Positions 31,378-41,180 are shown, counted from the stretch's first letter. The stretch: DNA of 64,000 nt from Bacteroidota bacterium (GCA_947501265.1 CANMVY010000003.1:204676-268675); one strand, 5' to 3'. The notes: a model not told the origin generated them from the letters alone. Program-made: numbers and translations.

Positions 31378-31381
31378 AGAA

Positions 31382-33340
31382 TTAAGCTTCTTCAGTATCT
31401 TCGGCATCAGCCTTCTTCTTTGTAGCTTTTTTGGGAGCTGCTTTTTCTTCCTCATCGAATTGAGCTTTCAATGCTGAAAGCGCATCCAATTCGCCCATGG
31501 TTGAAGGTCCAGAATCGGCAACAGTTGTTACCTTTTTCTTTTTCTTCAATTCATTTTTAGCTTCAGAGGAATCAGAGTGTGAATCTGCTTTGGTTTCTTC
31601 CCAAGTACGAGAGTGAGAAACCATGATTTTGCGAGAATCTTTATTGAATTCAATCACTTTGAAGGTAACGGCTGCACCATTTTCAAGGGTGTTGCCATCT
31701 TCCTGACGCAAGTGTTTCTTTGGGCAGAAAGCTTCAATGCCATGAGACAAAGCAACAATAGCTCCTTTATCTTCAACGCTTAAAACTTTACCATCGTGAG
31801 TGCTTCCTTCGTAGAAGATAGACTCATAGGTATCCCAAGGATTTTCTTCCAATTGTTTGTGACCTAGGCTCAAACGACGATTATCGGTGTCGATTTCAAG
31901 AACAACCACTTCCAATTCAGCACCTTTTTTGGTGAATTCAGATGGGTGATTGATTTTCTTGGTCCAAGACAAATCAGAAACGTGAACCAATCCGTCTACA
32001 CCTTCACCAAGTTCAACAAATAAGCCGAAATTGGTTAAGTTACGAACGATTCCTTTGTGTTTAGAGTTTACTGGGAAGCGATCAGCAATGTTGATCCATG
32101 GATCTGCAGAAAGTTGCTTGATGCCCAAAGACATCTTGCGATCTTCGCGATCGATCGATAGAACTACTGCTTCAACTTCGTCGTTTACTTGATGGAAATC
32201 TTGAGGATTGCGGAGGTGTTGGCTCCAGCTCATTTCAGAAACGTGGATTAATCCTTCAATTCCTGGCATGATTTCTAAGAAAGATCCGTAATCAGCAACG
32301 GTAACGATTTTACCTTTTACGATGCTACCTGCAACAACATCTTCTGGAAGAGAATTCCATGGATGTGGTTGCAATTGCTTCATACCAAGTGAAATGCGTT
32401 TTTTATCGTCGTCGAAGTCGAGTACAACCACCTGGATTGTTTCATCTAAGGAAACCATGTCGGATGGGTGGTTGATACGTCCCCAAGACATATCTGTGAT
32501 GTGCAACAAGCCGTCTACGCCACCAAGATCGATGAATACACCGAAATCGGTCATGTTTTTCACAACACCTTCGAGAACTTGACCTTTTTCCAAACGAGAA
32601 ATGATCTCCATTTTCTGAGCTTCCAAGTCGTTCTCGATCAATACTTTGTGAGAAACTACGGCATTGCGCAATACTTCGTTCACTTTTACAACCTTGAACT
32701 CCATGGTTTTGCCCACGTATTGGTCGTAATCGCGAATTGGTTTGATATCGATTTGTGAACCGGGTAAGAAGGTTTCGATGCCTTCCACTTCCACAACCAA
32801 ACCGCCTTTAGTACGAGTACGAACGCGACCAGTGATGATCTCGTCGTTCGCATGGGCGTGCTTGATGCGCTCCCAAGATTTCAACAAGCGAGCATTTCGG
32901 CGAGAAAGCACCAAATGACCGTCCTTGTTTTCTGGAGAGATAATCAAAACATCAACAACTTCGCCGATTTTGATTTCTTCCATGTCGCGGAACTCATTCA
33001 ATGGAATAAGACCGTCTGACTTGAATCCTACGTTTACAACCACATCGCGTTCGCCAACTGAAACGATGGTTCCTGGAACTATTTCACCTGTGTTAAGTGA
33101 AGATACCGAACCTTCGTACATTTTTTCGAACTTCTCACGGTCGTTGATGGAATAGTGATTCTGACCACGATAGTCGGAATCCCAATCGAAATCACCTTGT
33201 GTAGGAGCTTGGAACTTGGGAGATTCCATTTTGAGGGGTTCCTTTACCTCAGAATGGGTGGGAGCAGTTGAAGCTGTGGCTTCAGTGGCATTGGAAACAA
33301 CCTGTTCCAATTCCTTGTCATTTTGATTTTCTACTGACAT
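31382..33340 (-). CDS. rpsA: 30S ribosomal protein S1
   Basis: Six S1 domains (repeated GxV.G.V pattern). Acidic/K-rich C-terminus. Confidence 0.9.
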   Translation of the reverse strand: MSVENQNDKELEQVVSNATEATASTAPTHSEVKEPLKMESPKFQAPTQGDFDWDSDYRGQNHYSINDREKFEKMYEGSVSSLNTGEIVPGTIVSVGERDVVVNVGFKSDGLIPLNEFRDMEEIKIGEVVDVLIISPENKDGHLVLSRRNARLLKSWERIKHAHANDEIITGRVRTRTKGGLVVEVEGIETFLPGSQIDIKPIRDYDQYVGKTMEFKVVKVNEVLRNAVVSHKVLIENDLEAQKMEIISRLEKGQVLEGVVKNMTDFGVFIDLGGVDGLLHITDMSWGRINHPSDMVSLDETIQVVVLDFDDDKKRISLGMKQLQPHPWNSLPEDVVAGSIVKGKIVTVADYGSFLEIMPGIEGLIHVSEMSWSQHLRNPQDFHQVNDEVEAVVLSIDREDRKMSLGIKQLSADPWINIADRFPVNSKHKGIVRNLTNFGLFVELGEGVDGLVHVSDLSWTKKINHPSEFTKKGAELEVVVLEIDTDNRRLSLGHKQLEENPWDTYESIFYEGSTHDGKVLSVEDKGAIVALSHGIEAFCPKKHLRQEDGNTLENGAAVTFKVIEFNKDSRKIMVSHSRTWEETKADSHSDSSEAKNELKKKKKVTTVADSGPSTMGELDALSALKAQFDEEEKAAPKKATKKKADAEDTEEA

Positions 33341-33473
33341 TCATTAAAAATTCCTTTCTTGCTTCATTGGAAGCGGTCGCAAAGATAGGAACTTATCCAC
33401 ATAAGTCCAACCCTTTTAGAAATAAATAAAGCCCCAATTACTTGAGGCTTTATTCGGTGTAATTTTTTGATCA

Positions 33474-34883
33474 TCAAGGGAAAATGCCCAACAACTCGTA
33501 GGAAGTAGCAATTTTCTTAACGGCTACCATGAAAGCTGCTGTTCTTAAATCAGGACATCCTGCGGTAGACTTGTAGGTGTGACGAATTTCATGGTAGGCA
33601 TTGATCATGGTTTCTTCCAAGCCGGAATAAACCAAATCCTTTTCTCCTGCTCCTTGAATAATGGTTTTTCTTTGAATGTCGGTAGCTTTTTTACCGGTCA
33701 TTTCTTCAACCATTTTAAGGATATCGTTCGCACTGTTTTCTTCGAAGCGTTTGGTTAATCGTCCGAAACGTACGTGGCTTAGATTTTTCAGCCATTCGAA
33801 ATAGGAAACGGTTACACCACCAGCGTTCAAATACATGTCGGGAACAACAATGATTCCTTTTTGTGCCAAAATAGGTTCAGCATCTGCAGATACAGGACCA
33901 TTTGCAGCCTCTCCGATCATTTTTGCTTTGATTCGGGAAGCGTTTTCAGCTGTAATTTGGTTTTCCAATGCTGCGGGGATAAGAATATCACATTCCAATT
34001 CCAAAGCTGCATTTGAGTTTTCTAAGTTGGTAGCTCCTGGAAAGTTCAATAAACTTCCAGTTGCTTTTCGGTGTTGGAAAACGGCTTCATAATCCAATCC
34101 ATTTTCATTGTAAATGGCTCCTTCAAACTCGGCAATGGCCACAATTTTTGCTCCACCTTCAGCGAAAAACTTCGCCGTATGATATCCAACATTGCCCAAT
34201 CCTTGAATAACGGTTGTTTTTCCTTCAATTCCTTTGGTAAGTCCAATGGCGGTCATGTCTTCTTCGAAATTGCACACTTCGCGCATTCCGTAGAAAACAC
34301 CCAAACCGGTAGCTTCAGTACGACCTTGAATTCCTCCTTGCCCAACAGGTTTACCTGTAACGCATCCGAGGGCATCCAATTCTCCATCTTTGATGGAAGA
34401 ATAGGTGTCAACAATCCAGCTCATTTCGCGAGGTCCTGTTCCGTAATCGGGAGCAGGAACATCGATACCAGGACCGATGAAATTCTTTTTAATCAATTCC
34501 ATGGCGTATCGGCGAGTTACTCGCTCAAGCATTGAAACAGATGTGGTTCGTGAATTGATTTTAACGGCTCCTTTTGCGCCTCCGAAAGGAACATCCACAA
34601 CAGCGCATTTGAAGGTCATCAAAGCTGCGAGGGCCATTACTTCATCTTGATCTACGTTATCGGCGTAACGAATACCTCCTTTGGTTGGAAGTTTGTGGTG
34701 GGAGTGTTCAACTCGGTATGCTTCAATTAACTGAATCTTTCCTTCGTCGTCTTTAACGGGGAAGGACATTTTATAAACGCTATTGCATTCTTTGATAGTA
34801 GCCATAAGGCCTTCAGAATAGGGGAGAAACTGGGTTGCTTTTTCAAAGTTTCTCATCACATCTTGGTAAAAGCTGTGTGCCAT
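33474..34883 (-). CDS. Glu/Leu/Phe/Val dehydrogenase family (NAD(P)-glutamate dehydrogenase-like)
   Basis: KGGIRY substrate-binding motif, VPFGGAKG Lys site, GLGNVG Rossmann dinucleotide site. Confidence 0.85.
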   Translation of the reverse strand: MAHSFYQDVMRNFEKATQFLPYSEGLMATIKECNSVYKMSFPVKDDEGKIQLIEAYRVEHSHHKLPTKGGIRYADNVDQDEVMALAALMTFKCAVVDVPFGGAKGAVKINSRTTSVSMLERVTRRYAMELIKKNFIGPGIDVPAPDYGTGPREMSWIVDTYSSIKDGELDALGCVTGKPVGQGGIQGRTEATGLGVFYGMREVCNFEEDMTAIGLTKGIEGKTTVIQGLGNVGYHTAKFFAEGGAKIVAIAEFEGAIYNENGLDYEAVFQHRKATGSLLNFPGATNLENSNAALELECDILIPAALENQITAENASRIKAKMIGEAANGPVSADAEPILAQKGIIVVPDMYLNAGGVTVSYFEWLKNLSHVRFGRLTKRFEENSANDILKMVEEMTGKKATDIQRKTIIQGAGEKDLVYSGLEETMINAYHEIRHTYKSTAGCPDLRTAAFMVAVKKIATSYELLGIFP

Positions 34884-34893
34884 AATAAATGAA

Positions 34894-35109
34894 TTATTTC
34901 TTTTCGAGTTTGTTTAATTTTCTGTCTAAGTACACCAAAAAGGCTACTAGGCCGGCAAAAATAATGAGAATCACACCGATAACAACATAAATTTTACCTT
35001 CTTTTCTAAAAAGATCGGCCATTTGAGGCTCTTGAGCACTTGAATTCATCCATGTGAAAATGGAGGCTAACAAGGTAAGAAAGATTTTTTTGGTCATTTT
35101 GTTTGTCAT
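34894..35109 (-). CDS. CcmD-like small membrane protein
   Basis: 71 aa with a single TM helix, immediately downstream of ccmC with a 4-nt overlap. Confidence 0.5.
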   Translation of the reverse strand: MTNKMTKKIFLTLLASIFTWMNSSAQEPQMADLFRKEGKIYVVIGVILIIFAGLVAFLVYLDRKLNKLEKK

Positions 35110-35834
35110 GAAAGCATTTTTTTAATTTCCAAAACCTTGATCCGGAAATATTGATGGGTCATCCACAATCCTAACGAGAACCAGCCAAAAATAGCTGGCC
35201 AAAAAACCAGCCTCATGCGGTTGTCGAGATCGTATTTGTTAAAAGCTGGGTTTCCAACCGAACCTGAACCCTGTCCACCCGGGTGCAAGGAAAATTCAGC
35301 GTTTCGAGGAATGATGAATAGGAGGGGGATGAGGGAGAAAAAAGCCAAAATGTTGTAAACGGCGGCTACTCGAGCTCGTTGCTGTTGCTCGGCAATGGCG
35401 TTTCTTAAAACGAAATAGGCACCATAAACCAAAATAGAAGCCAGAGCGCAGATTTGTTTCACATCGCCGGCCCACCAATTTCCCCACGTGTATTGTGCCC
35501 ACAACATCCCCGTTGCAAATCCTAAAACACCAAAAACGGTAGAAGTAAGTGCAAACGATTCGGCCAATTGATCGGCTTCTGATTCTCCTTTTAACAAGTA
35601 AAAAACCGAAAAAAGAAAGGAGCAAAACGCCAATAATACCAAACCGAACCACATAGGAACATGGTAATACAAATTGCGAATGGTTTCTTCCAAATTTGGT
35701 TTTGCAGGAACAGGACCAATGAGACCCCATGTAAAAGCGTAAACCAAAAAGACCACGGCAATGATCCGATAAACCAGGTGCATTTTTTTTGCCCCCACTA
35801 CTTTCTGTACGAACGTTTTTGAACTCATATCCAA
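35106..35834 (-). CDS. ccmC: Heme exporter protein C / cytochrome c-type biogenesis protein
   Basis: WAQYTWGNWWAGD tryptophan-rich (WWD-like) motif. Six TM helices. Confidence 0.85.
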   Translation of the reverse strand: MDMSSKTFVQKVVGAKKMHLVYRIIAVVFLVYAFTWGLIGPVPAKPNLEETIRNLYYHVPMWFGLVLLAFCSFLFSVFYLLKGESEADQLAESFALTSTVFGVLGFATGMLWAQYTWGNWWAGDVKQICALASILVYGAYFVLRNAIAEQQQRARVAAVYNILAFFSLIPLLFIIPRNAEFSLHPGGQGSGSVGNPAFNKYDLDNRMRLVFWPAIFGWFSLGLWMTHQYFRIKVLEIKKMLS

Positions 35835-35835
35835 G

Positions 35836-36489
35836 TTAATCGCGCCAAAGGTAAGGAAACAGCAAAAAAGAAAGTGCCCCCGTTAATAAAATAATGCCCG
35901 AAATTTGCCCCATTTCGTGCATTGCCGTACTCCAGGGTAAACCATCCATTCCCATTTTAGAAATTTTTATCCCCAAAAGGATGGTGGGAATTAATACCGG
36001 AAAACTCAAAACAGCCATCACCGATGCTCCAGAACGAGCTTTGTGACTAATCGCACTTAAAAAAGTGAGCGCCACTGCAAGCCCGGTATTTCCTAAAAAT
36101 ATTCCGGTAAAAAATAAGTCATATTTCTGAACGGGAGATCCCAAAAGCAAACTGTAAAACCCTAAAAGAACCAAAGAAAGAAATAAAGACAGCAACCAAT
36201 GATAAATGATTTTGGCCGCCAAAACGCTTTTGCTGCTGAATAATGTGTAGAAGTAGGCCATGCCCGCTTTGCTTTCTCCAACAAAACTTTTGGTAATGGC
36301 ATTAACTGCCGTAAATAAACTCAGGATCCAAAACAAAGAAAGCCAAACAAACGGTTTCAAACTTCCAAACGCAAGGTAACACAAGAAAACAACGGTTAAA
36401 CTGTACCAAAAAACACCTTGAATGGCATATTTCTGACGCCACTCAACGGTCCATTCTTTGCGTAACAATTGTTTAACCTCTTGAATCAT
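35836..36489 (-). CDS. ccmB: Heme exporter protein B
   Basis: 217-aa polytopic permease directly upstream of ccmC. Confidence 0.75.
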   Translation of the reverse strand: MIQEVKQLLRKEWTVEWRQKYAIQGVFWYSLTVVFLCYLAFGSLKPFVWLSLFWILSLFTAVNAITKSFVGESKAGMAYFYTLFSSKSVLAAKIIYHWLLSLFLSLVLLGFYSLLLGSPVQKYDLFFTGIFLGNTGLAVALTFLSAISHKARSGASVMAVLSFPVLIPTILLGIKISKMGMDGLPWSTAMHEMGQISGIILLTGALSFLLFPYLWRD

Positions 36490-36704
36490 CCTTTATTTGA
36501 AGCTAAGAATCCGGCCTTACCTGCTTTTTCAACAACCAGAAAAGTTACCATAATTTGGTCTCCATCTTGCTTGAACAACAAAGGGTCTTTGTGAATGGTT
36601 TGTCCTTCTGGAAGTTTAGATTTGATTTGTTCGAAATCGATTTCGTTGACACTCATCAAATCGGAGTCGAATGACAAAGGAATTTTTACAGTAATGGTTT
36701 TCAT
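36486..36704 (-). CDS. Hypothetical 72-aa protein (operonic with ccmB)
   Basis: ATGA overlap with ccmB. Soluble, acidic. No recognisable family. No ccmA ATPase gene is present at this position. Confidence 0.4.
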   Translation of the reverse strand: MKTITVKIPLSFDSDLMSVNEIDFEQIKSKLPEGQTIHKDPLLFKQDGDQIMVTFLVVEKAGKAGFLASNKG

Positions 36705-36719
36705 CGTGATTGCAAATTT

Positions 36720-37658
36720 TCACCAAGTTTTTTCCAAATCCAAATGAATTCTCCACTTCTGCAATACTTCTTTGAGTTCTTGATGAAATTCATTTGGGAT
36801 GCTACTAAAGTCGTTCTCTTGAAATGGTGATAACTGAGCATCCCAATGTTGATTGAAATAATCCAAAGCATGGATGCACCCATTTCCTTTTGAATGAATT
36901 TTAAGGCCACTTTCAAACACCAAAGTGAATGCAGGATTCCTCCCGAACCTCCAATCTATCCCCTCCAATTCTTGGATCTTGGCACTCCATTTTTCCGACT
37001 CGGGGAGCTGTTGAACTTCTTCGAAATTCCCCCAATGCTCCTCATAAATGGATTTAACTTGGTGGAAAATTTCTTCCGAATGCTCCGGGAAGAGTTGGGT
37101 AGATTCTAAATTCATCACATTTGCTCGAACCGAAAGGGACGCGTTGCTTTCTATGTGATCGGAAACGGACAAAGCGTTTTCCAGAGCGAGCAAATTGGTA
37201 TGAAAAAGCAAAGAGCAATGGCTAATCATTCTTCCTCGACTTACTTTTTGAGCTGAACCACCAACTTTTTTGTCGTTCACCATCAATGAATTTCTGGGGT
37301 TGGTGAATGCTACAAATCCTTTTGATTGAAGAAATGAAATGAACGGGTGGAAGAAAAAATCCCATTTACCTACCCAATCGGTGCGGTGGGGAGTGATGAA
37401 AGAAAGGTTTAAACAGCCCAAATCATGATAAACGGTTCCACCGCCTGAAGTCCTACGAACAATGGGTAAATGATTCTCGTAGAGATAAGGCAGATTCAAT
37501 TCCTGAAAAAGGTTTTGGTTTTTTCCGATCACGGCGCATGGAGCATTGAAATAGCCCAAAAAAACAGGATGTTCCATGGCTTCTTCAAGCCAAACGTTCT
37601 CCAATGCCAGATTTTCCCAAGGATTTACCGATCGGGAGAAATGGAATTTCCAGTTCAT
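36720..37658 (-). CDS. Lipoate--protein ligase family protein (LplA/LipM-like)
   Basis: RRTSGGGTVYHDLG BPL/LPL catalytic motif. Start set at MNWKFHF to give a 4-nt overlap with ltaE. Confidence 0.75.
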   Translation of the reverse strand: MNWKFHFSRSVNPWENLALENVWLEEAMEHPVFLGYFNAPCAVIGKNQNLFQELNLPYLYENHLPIVRRTSGGGTVYHDLGCLNLSFITPHRTDWVGKWDFFFHPFISFLQSKGFVAFTNPRNSLMVNDKKVGGSAQKVSRGRMISHCSLLFHTNLLALENALSVSDHIESNASLSVRANVMNLESTQLFPEHSEEIFHQVKSIYEEHWGNFEEVQQLPESEKWSAKIQELEGIDWRFGRNPAFTLVFESGLKIHSKGNGCIHALDYFNQHWDAQLSPFQENDFSSIPNEFHQELKEVLQKWRIHLDLEKTW

Positions 37659-38680
37659 TGAGGTTGAAAATTCTGAATTACCGTCATGGCATGTTGGTGT
37701 TGTTCCTCCGAAATATCCAAATGAAACACGAATCGCACATGCATTTTGCCGAAACCGGCGCAACGAATGCCCAAAGCTGAAAGCTGTTCAATGACCTGTG
37801 CGCCTGAAAACGGAGAGCCCACCTCGAAAATGATGATGTTTGTTTCAATGGGATAAAGGAACTGAATCCATTCGCAATGCTTAAGCACATCGCCCATTTC
37901 TTTTGCTCTTCGATGATCTTCAGCTAATCGATCCACGTGGTGATTCAATGCATAAAACGCAGCCGAAGCCAAAATTCCCCCTTGTCTCATCCCTCCTCCT
38001 AAAACTTTTCGAACGCGGCGTGCCTCGTGAATAAAGGCCTCGCTTCCAACCAGAACCGAACCAACTGGAGCGCCTAGCCCTTTCGAGAAACAAATGGAAA
38101 TGCTATCGAATTCTTGACCAATTTCTTGCGTTGAATATCCTTTTGCGATGCAGGCATTGAAAATCCTAGCGCCATCCAAATGCAGGGATAGACCATGTTT
38201 TTGACATGATTTTCTGATTTTCCTGATTTCTTCCAAATCGTAACAACTTCCACCTCCTTTGTTCATGGTATTCTCCAAGGAGACCAATCGAGTTCTGGGG
38301 AAATGCACGTTTTCTGGATTGATATTTTCTTCGATAGCTTCTGCTGTAATTCGTCCGTAATCGCCTTCCAACAGTCGGAGGGAAACCGAAGAGAGAAATG
38401 CCGGGCCACCGCCTTCGTACAAATAAATGTGAGAATTTTTATGGCAGATAACTTCTTCCCTTGGTCGTGTATGAACTGCTAAGGCAATTTGATTGGTCAT
38501 GGTTCCTGAAGGACAAAATAGGCCGGCTTCGTGGTTGAATTGTTGAGCCGTTTCTTCCTCAAGTTGTACGATGGAGGGATCCTCTCCGAAAACATCATCG
38601 CCCAAAGGCGCTTTGAACATGAATTCTTTCATGCTGGAAGTTGGCTGCGTAACGGTATCGCTTCTGAAATCAATTTGCAT
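37655..38680 (-). CDS. ltaE: Low-specificity L-threonine aldolase
   Basis: MQIDFRSDTVTQPT start. PLP-fold motifs (FCPSGTMTNQIA, FSKGLGAPVGS). Confidence 0.85.
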   Translation of the reverse strand: MQIDFRSDTVTQPTSSMKEFMFKAPLGDDVFGEDPSIVQLEEETAQQFNHEAGLFCPSGTMTNQIALAVHTRPREEVICHKNSHIYLYEGGGPAFLSSVSLRLLEGDYGRITAEAIEENINPENVHFPRTRLVSLENTMNKGGGSCYDLEEIRKIRKSCQKHGLSLHLDGARIFNACIAKGYSTQEIGQEFDSISICFSKGLGAPVGSVLVGSEAFIHEARRVRKVLGGGMRQGGILASAAFYALNHHVDRLAEDHRRAKEMGDVLKHCEWIQFLYPIETNIIIFEVGSPFSGAQVIEQLSALGIRCAGFGKMHVRFVFHLDISEEQHQHAMTVIQNFQPQ

Positions 38681-38778
38681 GATGCGAAAATAGCGGTAAT
38701 TTTAGGCGTTCAAGGAACAAATTGAAGAAATTTGAAAAAAGAATTGGGAAACGCTTTGAAAGATGGTTTTTTTGAAGT

Positions 38779-38786
38779 TATCTTTG
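38779..38786 (+). promoter_or_regulatory. Putative -7 box (TATCTTTG) for rpsT
   Basis: TAnnTTTG match 21 nt upstream of the rpsT ATG. Confidence 0.4.
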
Positions 38787-38807
38787 CGTTCCAATTGAAA
38801 AGCAACT

Positions 38808-39062
38808 ATGGCTAATCATAAATCAGCACTTAAGAGAATTCGTCAAAATGCGGTACGTCGTCTGCGTAACCGTTATCAGCACAAAACAACCCGTACCTTG
38901 ATCAAGCGCTTGCGTTTGATGAAAGAAAAAGGATCAGCGGTAGAATTGTTGCCAACTGTAGTTTCGCACATCGACCGTTTGGCGAAGCGTAACATTATCC
39001 ACAAAAACAAAGCTTCAAACTTGAAATCCAGGTTAGCTAAACACATCAACCGTTTGGGATAA
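38808..39062 (+). CDS. rpsT: 30S ribosomal protein S20
   Basis: MANHKSALKRIRQNAVRRLRN start. 84 aa, basic. Confidence 0.9.
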   Translation: MANHKSALKRIRQNAVRRLRNRYQHKTTRTLIKRLRLMKEKGSAVELLPTVVSHIDRLAKRNIIHKNKASNLKSRLAKHINRLG

Positions 39063-39068
39063 AACGGG

Positions 39069-39086
39069 AAACGTTTATAAACGTTT
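39069..39086. repeat. 18-bp perfect palindrome AAACGTTTATAAACGTTT
   Basis: Self-complementary. Near-copies at 49604-49619 and 49624-49641. Confidence 0.6.
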
Positions 39087-39120
39087 AAAATGGCTTGCCC
39101 TAGGCAAGCCATTTTTATTT
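39087..39120 (+). terminator. Rho-independent terminator of rpsT
   Basis: AAAATGGCTTGCCCTAGGCAAGCCATTTTTATTTTT hairpin plus T-run. Confidence 0.75.
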
Positions 39121-39127
39121 TTGTGGC

Positions 39128-39817
39128 ATGGAAAAGAATGAAATGCCCCCCATGAAGAGGCTGGGCTTGCATGCAAAACAAAAATTTCAAACGTACGGAA
39201 GTCAGTACTTATCGGATGAGGAATTGCTGGAGTTGATCCTTTCGCCTTCTACCAAAAAAGGCCAATCCTACGAAAGTGCAAAATCGCTCATGGCCATGGC
39301 AGATGGAAATTTGAGTCAGTTGGCTAAACTGGATTATCTCGATTTTCAAGCCGTTGAGGGGGTGAATTTGAACGGTTCCCTGGCCCTTTCGGCCGGATTG
39401 GAATTGGCCCGTCGGAGACTTCAAGAGCCGGCACCTTCCGTCGTTATCCTCAATCACAGTGAAAAAGTCTTCCAACATTTCAAAGGGTATTTTCTTGATT
39501 TGGATCACGAGGAGTTCATGGTAGCCATGGTCAACAATCGAAATGAACTGATTCACTTTGAACGTATATCTATCGGTGGTATTACCAGCACCATTGTTGA
39601 TGTTCGATTAATCATTCGAAAAGCAATTATGCGTAAAGCCTTGGGATTTTTTTTGATGCATAATCATCCCAGCGGAAACATCATTCCAAGCTCAGCTGAT
39701 AAAGAATTGACAGCAAAATTGAAAAAAGGTGCAGAACTTTTTGATATAACTTTGATCGATCATATTATCTTCGCAAATCACAGGTACTATAGTTTCGCTG
39801 ATGAAGGAAAAATGTAA
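39128..39817 (+). CDS. radC: DNA repair protein RadC (JAMM family)
   Basis: JAMM motif HNHPSG...S..D. N-terminal helix-hairpin-helix region. Start may be the downstream Met (MKRLGL). Confidence 0.8.
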   Translation: MEKNEMPPMKRLGLHAKQKFQTYGSQYLSDEELLELILSPSTKKGQSYESAKSLMAMADGNLSQLAKLDYLDFQAVEGVNLNGSLALSAGLELARRRLQEPAPSVVILNHSEKVFQHFKGYFLDLDHEEFMVAMVNNRNELIHFERISIGGITSTIVDVRLIIRKAIMRKALGFFLMHNHPSGNIIPSSADKELTAKLKKGAELFDITLIDHIIFANHRYYSFADEGKM

Positions 39818-40136
39818 TCGGTTTTGGAAGTTTTTTTGGGTGTCAATTTTGTTGGCCTCCTTCCAGTTTTCCGTTGCACAAACCCGGGTTGTTATCAAAT
39901 GCTTCCCGAACCCTGTTTCAGATAATAGCATCAATCTTCAAATTTCAAAAGAAGGGAGATCCAGCGGTTCAGTTGAGATTTTCAACCTTTTAGGTCGACA
40001 AGTTTACAAAAAACGGATCGATACATCGATCGAAGTTTTAATCGTTCCCGTGGAAGATTTTCCGAAAGGGTTGTACATCGTGAAATATTTTGACGACAAC
40101 AACATTGTCGCCGTCAAAACATTCCAGAAGATTTGA
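39801..40136 (+). CDS. Small secreted protein consisting mostly of a T9SS type-A C-terminal sorting domain
   Basis: Signal peptide WVSILLASFQFSVAQ. Tail CFPNPVSDNSINLQ...GLYIVKY matches the Por-type CTD. Confidence 0.5.
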   Translation: MKEKCNRFWKFFWVSILLASFQFSVAQTRVVIKCFPNPVSDNSINLQISKEGRSSGSVEIFNLLGRQVYKKRIDTSIEVLIVPVEDFPKGLYIVKYFDDNNIVAVKTFQKI

Positions 40137-41180
40137 TTACTTAAGAAATCCGAAATTCCGCGGCACAATCCCTGCCATTAAACTATCGGTCAACGCCGCG
40201 TTCTGGTTCACCCGGTAAATGGTTCCTCGAGAACTGAAGTCTTTGGCATCTGAAATCCACCAGTGCTGGTCAGTTTCATTGTAACCCATTCCGTAAATTC
40301 CGCCGATTCCAGCATGGGAAAACCAAGGTGTTTCGGTAACTTGGGTAGATCCAGCAGACATTAACATTAATTTCCCATCTAACGCATAACCCAATTGATT
40401 GTTAGCATTTTTGCACAATAGGGTAGGATGGTAAGTCATTTGAGAGAAAACCGAGCGGCTGGTTTCGCTACCAAATTCAAAGAAATGAAGCGATCCAGCC
40501 GTTTCTTTTCCCTTCCAGCTCGGATTTCCACCGCATAAAACTGCAAATTTGCTTCCGCCTAAAGCTACTATGCTGTTGGGATTCTGATTGACTTCCATGG
40601 TTTTCTCCAAGGATTGATTTGCGATGTTGACGTAAGAAATGGTGCTGTCGCCACTATTGACCACCGCAAGGTGAGTGCCATTCACCACCGCCATTTTACT
40701 TGGAGTTACCCCCACCGAAATTCGCTTCAAAATGGTTCCGGCATAGGGGTCAACGATCACAACATTTCCACGATCTCCGTTGAAATTCACCCATTCCGTC
40801 ACAAATAACTTCCCATCCCAATAGAGAATTTCATCCGGTAAATTCAAACCGTATTGGGTTCCTTCCGATTTAAACGTTTTTCGGTTAACGATTTCAATTT
40901 TATTGCTGTTGTTCACCACAATGAAGACCTGATCATTACTGAAAGCCACACTTTGAGCGATGCTCCCAATGGGGCGATTGTTCACCGAGTCAAAAACCTG
41001 ATTCCAAAGTTCCTTCGTACTCGAGTTGTAAAATTGGATGTTACCTGAACCGCCCGAAAAAAGGCCCTCATTCACAATAATGACTCCTTGAGAATAATCA
41101 CGATCATGACCTGAATGTCCACGATCACGACATGCGAACATCGTTAATCCAACGAGTAAGCTAAAAATTATTTTCTTCAT
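40137..41180 (-). CDS. YncE-like beta-propeller cell-surface lipoprotein (DUF5074-like), partner of the upstream TonB-dependent receptor
   Basis: Lipoprotein signal MKKIIFSLLVGLTMFAC. Repeated VxVN/IxVVN beta-blade motifs. ATGA overlap with the receptor gene. Confidence 0.6.
   Translation of the reverse strand: MKKIIFSLLVGLTMFACRDRGHSGHDRDYSQGVIIVNEGLFSGGSGNIQFYNSSTKELWNQVFDSVNNRPIGSIAQSVAFSNDQVFIVVNNSNKIEIVNRKTFKSEGTQYGLNLPDEILYWDGKLFVTEWVNFNGDRGNVVIVDPYAGTILKRISVGVTPSKMAVVNGTHLAVVNSGDSTISYVNIANQSLEKTMEVNQNPNSIVALGGSKFAVLCGGNPSWKGKETAGSLHFFEFGSETSRSVFSQMTYHPTLLCKNANNQLGYALDGKLMLMSAGSTQVTETPWFSHAGIGGIYGMGYNETDQHWWISDAKDFSSRGTIYRVNQNAALTDSLMAGIVPRNFGFLK

Noticed and set aside
35296-35730. 144-aa minus-strand ORF inside ccmC (and similar embedded ORFs: 3687-4064, 4210-4698, 6731-7063, 9812-10162, 47173-47577, 47701-48063)
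   Set aside because: Alternative or antisense frames within strongly supported genes. Cys/Arg-rich low-complexity translations.
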